Of a DNA stretch of 64,000 nt, positions 1 to 8,243 are shown piece after piece. The stretch is taken from sequence record PP408249.1; one strand, given 5' to 3'. Within the stretch, counting starts at the first letter, position 1, and the number at the start of each line of letters is the position of its first letter. Under the pieces are notes generated by a model. That model worked only from the letters and a program-made list of their open reading frames with translations, made no database searches and had not been told where the DNA came from. The position numbers were made by a program, and so were the translations under genes.

Positions 1-1
1 A

Positions 2-886
2 GAAGAAGGTATAAAATATACAAAGGGAAATATTTCTTCTGGTCATGCAGAAATATCTGAATATGTGCGTTCATTGGGATTTAATGTAATCGACAATGAT
101 CGTACTATTATATTTCCGCGAGAAATTGATATTTTTATTCCCGAACTTAACATAGGAATAGAATACAACGGATTATATTTTCATAGCACACGAACAGAAG
201 GAAATGTAACAAAGCATAGAGAAAAATATAGCATATGTAAACAAAAAGGTATTCGTTTAATACAAATTTTTGAAGATGAATTTATTCATAAGAAAGAACT
301 AGTAAAGAGAAAATTAGCGCACATTTTAGGAAAATCTAATAATAAATGTTATGCAAGGAATTGTATAGTTAAAGAAATATCGGTAGCAGACAAACGAAAT
401 TTCTTTAAAAAATATCACATACAAGAAGATTCTGCATCCTCGTATGCATATGGATTATATTATGATAATGAATTAGTTTGTGCTATGTCTTTTCTTAAAA
501 AGAAGAAATGTACAGAACTAGTTAGATATGCATCTTCTATGCACGTGATCGGCGGATTTTCTAAGTTGTTGAAATATTGTATTAATAATAACAAAATAGA
601 TGTTATAAACACATATGCTGATCTCAGATGGTCGAATCCGACAAATAATGTATATGTAAACAATGGGTTTGATATACTGTATGAGACTGATTTTAATTAC
701 ACTTATGTGAGTAAAGAGGATTTTTCAAAAAGGCTTAATAGGCAAAAATTTATGAAACACAAGTTGAAAAACATTTTATCAGATTTCGATAAATCATTAA
801 CAGAAGAAGAGAATATGAAAAATAATGGATTTTATCGAGTATACGATGCTGGCCATTTAAAATTGCAATATAAGGTTAATAAATGA
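2..886 (+). CDS. Hef-like PD-(D/E)xK homing endonuclease, 5'-partial
   Basis: Frame is open from base 2 (EEGIKYTKGNISSGHAEISEYVRSLG...), so the gene starts outside the window; REIDIFIPELNIGIEYNGLYFHS nuclease motif; LIQIFEDE and ELVRYAS motifs typical of Hef-like phage endonucleases. Confidence 0.75.
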   Translation, partial: EEGIKYTKGNISSGHAEISEYVRSLGFNVIDNDRTIIFPREIDIFIPELNIGIEYNGLYFHSTRTEGNVTKHREKYSICKQKGIRLIQIFEDEFIHKKELVKRKLAHILGKSNNKCYARNCIVKEISVADKRNFFKKYHIQEDSASSYAYGLYYDNELVCAMSFLKKKKCTELVRYASSMHVIGGFSKLLKYCINNNKIDVINTYADLRWSNPTNNVYVNNGFDILYETDFNYTYVSKEDFSKRLNRQKFMKHKLKNILSDFDKSLTEEENMKNNGFYRVYDAGHLKLQYKVNK

Positions 887-1083
887 TTACAGATGTTGAA
901 GCAATAAATGAAATTTGGGCTGCCGTGCGACCATATATTAAGTCATCTGAGCGCATTCATGCAGCGGACGCGTTTATAGAAGTTTTAGATGAATACGGAA
1001 TGCTTGATGTAGATATTCAAATGTTTGAAAAAGAACTTAAAATAGCAGCAAAAACACATTTAGGTGAAGCAGATGACGACTAA
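883..1083 (+). CDS. hypothetical protein
   Basis: 66 aa ORF overlapping the upstream stop, operon context. Confidence 0.6.
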   Translation: MITDVEAINEIWAAVRPYIKSSERIHAADAFIEVLDEYGMLDVDIQMFEKELKIAAKTHLGEADDD

Positions 1084-1399
1084 TTTAGAATTTAGTGACG
1101 AATTTCTATCAACTGTATCGTCGTTGAAAGCCAATATAACATCCAAAAATAAAGATGCTGTCATAGAACAATTAGACAAATTGTTAGATATGGTAACAAA
1201 AGATATGAATGCAGTTATATGGGTAATACAACCTGAAAATATTAATAACCTACATATACTATGTTCTGATTCATTTAATATTCCTATTAGTCAATTTAGA
1301 CTAAAACGAAGAATACCGTCAAAATCTCAACGAGCTCATTTATTTTTAAAAGTAATTAGGATTGCACTTGCTGGAAAAGAAAATGAACAATTGGTATAA
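1073..1399 (+). CDS. hypothetical protein
   Basis: ORF in operon; ATG 1073 after a TAGGTGA SD-like site preferred over GTG 1064. Confidence 0.6.
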   Translation: MTTNLEFSDEFLSTVSSLKANITSKNKDAVIEQLDKLLDMVTKDMNAVIWVIQPENINNLHILCSDSFNIPISQFRLKRRIPSKSQRAHLFLKVIRIALAGKENEQLV

Positions 1400-1847
1400 C
1401 ATTGTCTATGCAGATTTATCTAAGATACCTGATTTCATTTCTTTTTTTGAAAAAGAAATAGATATTTCTAAGTCTACAGAAATGTCTTTAAAGGGTAAAA
1501 CTTTAGAGAAACATTGCGCAGAGTTGCCGGGTATAGTGGAGAATAGATTTGCACAGCTTCAAGAAATTGAAGCTGTACTAGAATTACTTAATATTCAGTA
1601 TAAACAAGAAAAAAGCGACAGATTCAAATTTTATCTACAGCAGTTTCCTAAAGCACTTTCTTCTAGGGATGCAGAGAAATATGCAGAAGGAGATCCACTT
1701 GTAGTAAACAGGGCAATATTAGTTAATGAAGTTGCATTGCTAAGAAACAAATATCTTTCGCTAATGAAGGGTTTAGATTCTAAGAATTGGATGGTAGGCC
1801 ACATAGTTAAACTTCGTTGTGCAGGACTAGACGACGCACAAATTTAA
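1383..1847 (+). CDS. uvsY: UvsY-like recombination mediator
   Basis: Helical protein with ALSSRDAEKYAEGD and MKGLDSKNWMVGHIVKLRCAG motifs directly upstream of UvsW; ATG at 1383. Confidence 0.65.
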   Translation: MNNWYNIVYADLSKIPDFISFFEKEIDISKSTEMSLKGKTLEKHCAELPGIVENRFAQLQEIEAVLELLNIQYKQEKSDRFKFYLQQFPKALSSRDAEKYAEGDPLVVNRAILVNEVALLRNKYLSLMKGLDSKNWMVGHIVKLRCAGLDDAQI

Positions 1848-1859
1848 ATAGGATTCGTA

Positions 1860-3311
1860 ATGGCAAAGGATTGCAAATTAGTAATAAAAGATGAAGTAAA
1901 TATTGCATTTACTGGACTTGATATAAACACTCGTAGAAAACTATCTGATTCGTTAAAATTCTTTTTACCTCATGCAAGACACCAACCTGCATACAAGTTA
2001 GGTAGATGGGATGGATGTATTAGGTATTGTGATATAGCCGGACGCTCGTATCTTAATTTTTTAGATATACTTATTCCTATTGTAGAAAATAGTGGTTATT
2101 ATATAACCATAGAAGATAATAGACAACCGTTTTCGTGTAATTTTGAACCAATAGATGCTAACTCATATTCTCATCTTACTTGGCCTGTAGGACATCATTA
2201 TGAAGGGCAGAATATTGTTCTACGGGATTATCAAGTAGAGGCAGTGAATAATTACTTAGCTAATACACAGAGTATAGCAACATTGCCTACTGGTTTTGGA
2301 AAAACATTAGTTACTGCTGCATTAGCACATAAAGTAGAAAAGTATGGAAGAACAATAACAATTGTTCCATCTAAAGACTTAGTTACCCAAACAGAACGGG
2401 ATTTTAAGAACTTCGGATTAGATACTGGCGTTTATTTCGGAGATAGAAAAGAATTAGGCAAAACTCACACTATAGTTACCTGGCAAAGTATTGAAGCTAT
2501 TTATAAACAAAGTAAAGCAGACGAAAATGCATTGACATTAGAAGAATTCATCGAAGGTGTAGTAGCAGTAGTAGTCGATGAAGCACATACCATTAAGGGT
2601 CAATCATTAAAAGAACATTTAACTTCTACATTTGCTAATGTTCCTATTCGATGGGCTATGACAGGAACTATACCAGAAGAGGAACATGCCGCTGCTGCCC
2701 TCATTGCATGCATAGGTCCTGTTACAAAAACTGTGAAAGCAAAAGAATTGCAAGAAGCAGGAATACTTAGTGAATTGCACATAGAAGTCTTACAATTAAA
2801 CGATTATCATACTTCACATCCGAACTATGCAGCCGAATTAAAATTTCTTACTACAGACCCTACTCGTTTAAAATGGCTAGCCGAACATATAAAATCTCAA
2901 GAAGGTAATACGTTAGTGTTAGTTGATAGGCTGTCGAGCGGAGAAGAACTTCTTAAGCATATACCCAATGCTGCATTTGTTAAAGGTGATTTAAAAAGTA
3001 AGGACAGAAGAACTGAATATAAATCAGTTACATCAGATACAGATAAAATTATTATAGCAACCTTTGGGGTTGCATCTACTGGTATTGATATACCATACAT
3101 ACATAATGTATATTTATTAGAACCAGGAAAGTCTTTTATTAGGGTAATTCAGTCTATCGGCCGCGGTCTACGCAAGGCACCTGGAAAAGACTATGTATAT
3201 GTATTTGATATTACTTCTGTTGCAAAATATTCTGCAAGGCATTTAACTAAAAGGAAAAAATTCTATAAAGAAGCAGAATATCCATTTTCTGTGAAAAAAA
3301 TAGATTATTAA
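1860..3311 (+). CDS. uvsW: UvsW-like SF2 DNA helicase
   Basis: LRDYQ, PTGFGKT (Walker A), VDEAH, MTGT, STGIDIP, QSIGRGLR motifs. Confidence 0.9.
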   Translation: MAKDCKLVIKDEVNIAFTGLDINTRRKLSDSLKFFLPHARHQPAYKLGRWDGCIRYCDIAGRSYLNFLDILIPIVENSGYYITIEDNRQPFSCNFEPIDANSYSHLTWPVGHHYEGQNIVLRDYQVEAVNNYLANTQSIATLPTGFGKTLVTAALAHKVEKYGRTITIVPSKDLVTQTERDFKNFGLDTGVYFGDRKELGKTHTIVTWQSIEAIYKQSKADENALTLEEFIEGVVAVVVDEAHTIKGQSLKEHLTSTFANVPIRWAMTGTIPEEEHAAAALIACIGPVTKTVKAKELQEAGILSELHIEVLQLNDYHTSHPNYAAELKFLTTDPTRLKWLAEHIKSQEGNTLVLVDRLSSGEELLKHIPNAAFVKGDLKSKDRRTEYKSVTSDTDKIIIATFGVASTGIDIPYIHNVYLLEPGKSFIRVIQSIGRGLRKAPGKDYVYVFDITSVAKYSARHLTKRKKFYKEAEYPFSVKKIDY

Positions 3312-3312
3312 T

Positions 3313-3564
3313 ATGAATTTTTATCAAGACGGAATTTATATAAAATTAGATGCAGATTTAAATGAACAATCGAACTTATTTAAATTAAAATCAGAATTAT
3401 ATGTACATTCGTATCCTACCCCTGATTTTTATAGATATACCAAACATGGTAAAACCATGTTAGGAGTAGTATATGTCGGTTCATTAGAAACTGTATTTCT
3501 TAATATTATTAGCGGGGACTTTGACAAAGAAAAATTTTGTGCTATAATAGAAAAATACAAATAA
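3313..3564 (+). CDS. hypothetical protein
   Basis: 83 aa ORF packed between operon genes. Confidence 0.55.
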   Translation: MNFYQDGIYIKLDADLNEQSNLFKLKSELYVHSYPTPDFYRYTKHGKTMLGVVYVGSLETVFLNIISGDFDKEKFCAIIEKYK

Positions 3565-3574
3565 AGGTGTAATT

Positions 3575-4078
3575 TTGAAAATTTTATTAACCGAAAATGA
3601 ATCATACGAATTAGATAGAGTCCCAGACGACATAGAGGATATACGGTATTGTATATTAGATTGTAATGATAAATCTAATGTAGATTTTTACTTTTTGCCT
3701 CTTATATTTTTAGAAAGTTTTTATTCTCCCGCGGTTGTACTTAAGATAGGAAAGTACAGTATACAAATGCCGTTAGATTGGTCTATACTAGTATGCGACG
3801 AAGAATATTCTGATTTGGAAGTAGTACCACTTACTAGTCTAAATGACAGGGGGTTTCATACAATAGTATTTAATCCACTAAAACACATGGTGCCTGTTCC
3901 TTCTGAAATAACAATAACTAGTGTATTTACTGAAGTAAAGTGGTATTTCCCTAAATTAAAAAGTGGTGCTGTCCTAGTTATTCCTTTAGAAGACGGACCT
4001 AATCCAAATTGTGCATTGTTTGTAAAAGAAGGGAATAAAATTCCTGATCCTATAGATATAGCAGAGTTATTTAAATAA
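3575..4078 (+). CDS. conserved hypothetical protein, possible degenerate Hint fold
   Basis: TTG start after AAGG; beta-strand pattern resembles Hint domains but catalytic residues are absent. Confidence 0.55.
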   Translation: MKILLTENESYELDRVPDDIEDIRYCILDCNDKSNVDFYFLPLIFLESFYSPAVVLKIGKYSIQMPLDWSILVCDEEYSDLEVVPLTSLNDRGFHTIVFNPLKHMVPVPSEITITSVFTEVKWYFPKLKSGAVLVIPLEDGPNPNCALFVKEGNKIPDPIDIAELFK

Positions 4079-4545
4079 TGGCAGAAGAAAGCATTTTACC
4101 GCTTTGGATGGAATTACAAGCATTAGATTATAATGATAGAGATTTTTATGACAAGTTAACTGATGAACAGAAGAAAGTATTTTCATCGTGGATTATAATG
4201 AGATATTCTAGTAATATAATCGGTGATAATGCAGATTGGGGTCTTATAATGACCAATGATATTGTAAATGTGGATTTTTCATTAATGTACAAGCATCCTA
4301 AACTGCAATGGATGCTATTGTCGTTGTGTGGAACTGGAAGAAAAGAACAACGTAAATGGATTGCCCCAAATAAAAAGAAAAAAAAGAATCCGAGGAAAGA
4401 ATTTATTTTTAAAATTCATCCAAACGCAAAAGATGACGAAATTGATATGCTTGCAGATTTGTACACTGATGCAGAATTAAAGGATATTATGTTATCCTAC
4501 GGATATGAAGATAAAGAAATAAAAGATATTTTAAAGAAGAAATAA
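4078..4545 (+). CDS. clamp loader small subunit (T4 gp62-like)
   Basis: DFYDKLTDEQKKVFSSWIIMRYSS, HPKLQWMLL and KWIAP motifs. Confidence 0.7.
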   Translation: MAEESILPLWMELQALDYNDRDFYDKLTDEQKKVFSSWIIMRYSSNIIGDNADWGLIMTNDIVNVDFSLMYKHPKLQWMLLSLCGTGRKEQRKWIAPNKKKKKNPRKEFIFKIHPNAKDDEIDMLADLYTDAELKDIMLSYGYEDKEIKDILKKK

Positions 4546-4558
4546 TTCTAGTAAGTAT

Positions 4559-5266
4559 ATGCAAGCATCTAAGAAAAATAAAAAGGCAACATCGATGGCA
4601 AAGTGCGAGTTTTGTAGTAAAGAATTTAAGTCAGAACGAACAATAGCTGCTCATTTGTGTGTTAAAAAGAAGAGGTTTGCAGAAAAAGACACAGTCGGGT
4701 CTAGACTGGGATTTAGGGTATTTCAGCGATTCTACGAACTAACTACTTCTTCTAAAACACCTAAATCTTTTAGAGAATTTATTGATAGTAAATTTTATAT
4801 AGATTTTGTTAAATTTGGAAGACACCTAATAGATATTAATCCTATTAACACAGATGAATACATAGATTTCATAATAAAGAACGCTATACCGCTGTCTGAT
4901 TGGAAAAAAGACTATGTATATGTAAGATATCTTAAAGAATATACTCAGAAAGAACCTGCACAAAAAGCACTAGAACGAACTATAATCGAGATGGGCACTT
5001 GGTGTACTGAAAATAATGTAGATATTGTAGATTTTTTTGAAAAAGTTAATACAGTAGAGGCAGTATATCTTATTAAATCAGGAAAGCTTAGTCCGTGGGT
5101 ATTATATCTGGCATCTTCTTCTGATAAATTGTGGGTTAGAATAAATGAAGAACAAGAAAAATTTATTCAAACTGCTGTAGATTTTGATTGGTGGCAAAAG
5201 AAATTTATTGCAAATAAGGATGATGTTGACTTTATAGTGTCTGTATTGACAGAGGCTAAGTTGTAA
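4559..5266 (+). CDS. zinc-finger protein
   Basis: N-terminal CEFCSKEFKSERTIAAHLC C2H2-like finger. Confidence 0.65.
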   Translation: MQASKKNKKATSMAKCEFCSKEFKSERTIAAHLCVKKKRFAEKDTVGSRLGFRVFQRFYELTTSSKTPKSFREFIDSKFYIDFVKFGRHLIDINPINTDEYIDFIIKNAIPLSDWKKDYVYVRYLKEYTQKEPAQKALERTIIEMGTWCTENNVDIVDFFEKVNTVEAVYLIKSGKLSPWVLYLASSSDKLWVRINEEQEKFIQTAVDFDWWQKKFIANKDDVDFIVSVLTEAKL

Positions 5267-5267
5267 T

Positions 5268-5870
5268 ATGGCAAAAGTGGTTACTGATGTTGATATTGAC
5301 GTAGCAGATAGGTTAACAGTTTTGTCTGGACTACAACACATATCTGCTAAATTAGACGGAGTGGGAAAGAAACATTTATCTGGTGTATATTTTCAACCTA
5401 TTCCGTTTGATCCGGAACAAAATATGAGCAACATAGATTATAAAGTTGCAGAAGAATTAGGCTACATGAAGATTGATCTTCTTAACGTGAGTATATACGA
5501 ACAAGTTAGATCGGAGGAACATCTAAAGAAATTAATAGATAAAGAACCTAACTGGTCTTATTTTGAACATAAACAGATAGTTCAAAATTTATTTCATTTA
5601 GGAAATTATGCTGATCTGGCAGTAGGAATGAAACCGAAAAGTGTAGAACAGTTAGCAATGTTGCTGGCTGTTATACGTCCGAGTAAGTATCATTTACAAT
5701 ATAAACCTTGGGATATTATTGCCAAAACTGTGTGGGATAAGCCCAGCGACGGGTCATATCATTTTAAAAAAGCACATGCCATTAGTTATGCACTTGCAAT
5801 TGTTGTTCAGTTGAATTTATTAGAAGAAGAAGCAGAACAAGAACCCGATCCATTTAAGTTATTTTCCTGA
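5268..5870 (+). CDS. family C (DnaE-like) DNA polymerase, catalytic palm half
   Basis: TDVDID, KKHLSGVY, GYMKIDLL, LAVIRP, FKKAHAISYA match DnaE PDFDVD, KHAAGV, KFDFL, ALFRP, FNKSHSAAYA. Confidence 0.85.
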   Translation: MAKVVTDVDIDVADRLTVLSGLQHISAKLDGVGKKHLSGVYFQPIPFDPEQNMSNIDYKVAEELGYMKIDLLNVSIYEQVRSEEHLKKLIDKEPNWSYFEHKQIVQNLFHLGNYADLAVGMKPKSVEQLAMLLAVIRPSKYHLQYKPWDIIAKTVWDKPSDGSYHFKKAHAISYALAIVVQLNLLEEEAEQEPDPFKLFS

Positions 5871-6252
5871 TTAAAGATACTTGTCGTCTTTTTATTCTCT
5901 TTTTGAGCATATTGTTAAGAGAAGTACATGGTCCGAAAACTATTTTTATATCTTTGTTTACTAGGGTTTTTAGGCAATATCTAAATTCTGCCATTTCGTT
6001 TGGCATGAATATATTTATTGGTAATATCCTAGAAGATTCCCACCACCAACAGTCACCACATTGAAGAAATATATCTTTGTGTTGACTGTTTTTTAATGAT
6101 TTAAAATCATAAAAACTTATATATTTGTCATCCGAGTTTTGAATAATTCCTATATAAAAATTTTCTAAGTGTTGTATGCCACTTAAAAATGGAAATTTTT
6201 CAGATAATTCTGCTAACTCTTGATCTATTGTATTATTATTTGTGTTGTCCAT
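5854..6252 (-). CDS. hypothetical protein
   Basis: 132 aa ORF filling the gap, divergent from 6315 with an AATAAATA motif upstream. Confidence 0.7.
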   Translation of the reverse strand: MDNTNNNTIDQELAELSEKFPFLSGIQHLENFYIGIIQNSDDKYISFYDFKSLKNSQHKDIFLQCGDCWWWESSRILPINIFMPNEMAEFRYCLKTLVNKDIKIVFGPCTSLNNMLKKRIKRRQVSLIRKIT

Positions 6253-6301
6253 GATTTTCTTCTCTCTTTATTATTTATTCCTTTAACACTAACCGTTTTA
6301 A

Positions 6302-6309
6302 TATAAATA
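6302..6309 (+). promoter_or_regulatory. T4-type late promoter TATAAATA
   Basis: Exact T4 late consensus, intergenic, 5 nt before ATG 6315. Confidence 0.6.
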
Positions 6310-6314
6310 CGTGT

Positions 6315-7184
6315 ATGACATTCCATACATTATATAAATATGATAATTTTGTAGAACTGTTATATGATAACGGTATACTTTCTTGCAATTGTAAATTATT
6401 GGATAATAGACCTATGCATTCACAAACAATAAAACTATACAAAGGTGTAGATAATCAAGTAAAATTTAGGGTTTATAATCCTGATAGACGATTAGTAAAC
6501 ATTCATGGACTTTCTGTGTTTGCTAGTTTAATTAATACAGAAAATAAAGAACGAGTGCTAGTAAAACAGTGTGATATATATGAGCAGTCTCCTGGAATTT
6601 TTATATTGTCTATATTAGAAGGAGATCTAATAAATGTGCCTAATGGATATTACACTTTGAGTATAATAGGACAAGAAGAATTTATTCCCGGCATATCTAA
6701 TATAGACGGACTCCCTGTAATTAGTACGCCGTTTTATACAAATACATCATCTGATATACAACTGTATGCAGAAGTTAGAGATAGTTTAGAAAAGGCGCCC
6801 ATAGACACTATAGTTGCTACTGAATGGCGAAAAGTAATAAACACTGATTATACTTTTAATTATTACAATGCAGGTCCATTTCCATCTAATAGAGTAAAAA
6901 ATTATAGATCGGGTGTGCATACTATTGCAATATATGCAGAAAATTTCACAGGTAAATTTGAAGTATATGGTACATTAGACCAAATTCCTTCGCTAGAAGA
7001 TGAATTTAGTTCTTGGTTTCCGATTAATTTAAGATCTATGTTTGATTATATTCAGTTTAATAATTTCACTGGAATAATGCCATACACTTTTCAAGCAAAT
7101 GTTCTTTGGTTAAAATTCCGTTGGTATCCGGATTCGACAATCCCAAACAATGGAGAAATTTCTAAAGTAATGTTAAGAAGTTAA
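6315..7184 (+). CDS. probable virion/baseplate protein (BppU N-terminal-like plus beta-rich C-domain)
   Basis: LYKGVDNQVKFRVYNPDRR...GYYTLSI pattern; late promoter; C-domain similar to 57290..57724. Confidence 0.55.
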   Translation: MTFHTLYKYDNFVELLYDNGILSCNCKLLDNRPMHSQTIKLYKGVDNQVKFRVYNPDRRLVNIHGLSVFASLINTENKERVLVKQCDIYEQSPGIFILSILEGDLINVPNGYYTLSIIGQEEFIPGISNIDGLPVISTPFYTNTSSDIQLYAEVRDSLEKAPIDTIVATEWRKVINTDYTFNYYNAGPFPSNRVKNYRSGVHTIAIYAENFTGKFEVYGTLDQIPSLEDEFSSWFPINLRSMFDYIQFNNFTGIMPYTFQANVLWLKFRWYPDSTIPNNGEISKVMLRS

Positions 7185-7213
7185 TTGACAACGAAAAACG
7201 TGCATGCTATAAT
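7185..7213 (+). promoter_or_regulatory. sigma70 promoter for primase
   Basis: Perfect TTGACA-17-TATAAT. Confidence 0.85.
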
Positions 7214-7219
7214 GTGCGC

Positions 7220-8242
7220 GTGATTAGCGAACTTTTAAAACAAGAAATAACTTCTAGACTTCCGTATTTAAAGCCAGGAAACAAAGGATGGTTAGTTTGT
7301 AATTGTCCTTTGTGTGTCGCTATGGGTACAACTGCTGATAAGCGAAAACGGTTCGGTGTTATGTTTGAATCGGATGGAACAATAGGGGTCCATTGCTTTA
7401 ACTGTACATTTGTAACAAAATGGACTCCGGGGACTCTGATAGGAGAGAAAATAGAGTTCCTTCTACGACATATAGGTACATCCGATGATGATATTCGTAA
7501 ACTTAAATTCCAGGCATTTAGAGAGAAAGAAGCAGGAGACATATTTAAAACTCCCGAACTAGAATTAAGTATTAAAACTAATTGGACTACTACTAGTCTT
7601 CCTAAAAATTCTAAACCTATATTAGAATGGTTAGAAATATCTCCTAATGATCCCAATCTTCTTAAATGTGCAATGTATGCCTTATCTAGAGGATTTCCGG
7701 ATATGTCTAATATATACTGGTCACCCTCTCAGAAATTTTTATGGAATAAACGAATAATACTTCCGTTCACATATAATGGAAAAGTTGTAGGATATTGCGG
7801 AAGATATTTTGAAGAACAACCAAATGAATTAGAAATAAGAAGATATGAAAATAGATTCCCTGAACATTTTGTGTATGGGTTAGATTCCCAAAGATCCTAC
7901 AATAGAAAATATGTTATACTAACGGAAGGAGTAATAGATGCTATAATGGTAGATGGAGTATCTACCATGGGTTCTGTAAGTAAACATCAAGCAAATATAA
8001 TAAACTCGCTAGGCAAAGAAATAATAGTATTGCCTGATTTTGATAGTAACGGCAGTCATTTAGTAGATTCTGCTTTAGAATATAACTGGTATGTATCATT
8101 TCCTAATTGGGATAATAATATAAAAGATGCTAGCGAAGCATCCCAAAAATATGGAAGATTACTTACAGTTCAGAGTATTATATACGGTATAGAACGGAAT
8201 TCTACTGCCATACGAATTAAAAGAAAAATAAAAGGAATATAG
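7220..8242 (+). CDS. DNA primase (gp61/DnaG-like)
   Basis: CPLC...HCFNC zinc ribbon; TOPRIM LTEGVIDA and LPDFD; IKDASE; GTG at 7214 or 7220. Confidence 0.85.
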   Translation: MISELLKQEITSRLPYLKPGNKGWLVCNCPLCVAMGTTADKRKRFGVMFESDGTIGVHCFNCTFVTKWTPGTLIGEKIEFLLRHIGTSDDDIRKLKFQAFREKEAGDIFKTPELELSIKTNWTTTSLPKNSKPILEWLEISPNDPNLLKCAMYALSRGFPDMSNIYWSPSQKFLWNKRIILPFTYNGKVVGYCGRYFEEQPNELEIRRYENRFPEHFVYGLDSQRSYNRKYVILTEGVIDAIMVDGVSTMGSVSKHQANIINSLGKEIIVLPDFDSNGSHLVDSALEYNWYVSFPNWDNNIKDASEASQKYGRLLTVQSIIYGIERNSTAIRIKRKIKGI

Positions 8243-8243
8243 T

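Noticed and set aside
4559-5266. gp59-like helicase loader call for the zinc-finger protein
   Set aside because: Resemblance too weak to support without a profile search
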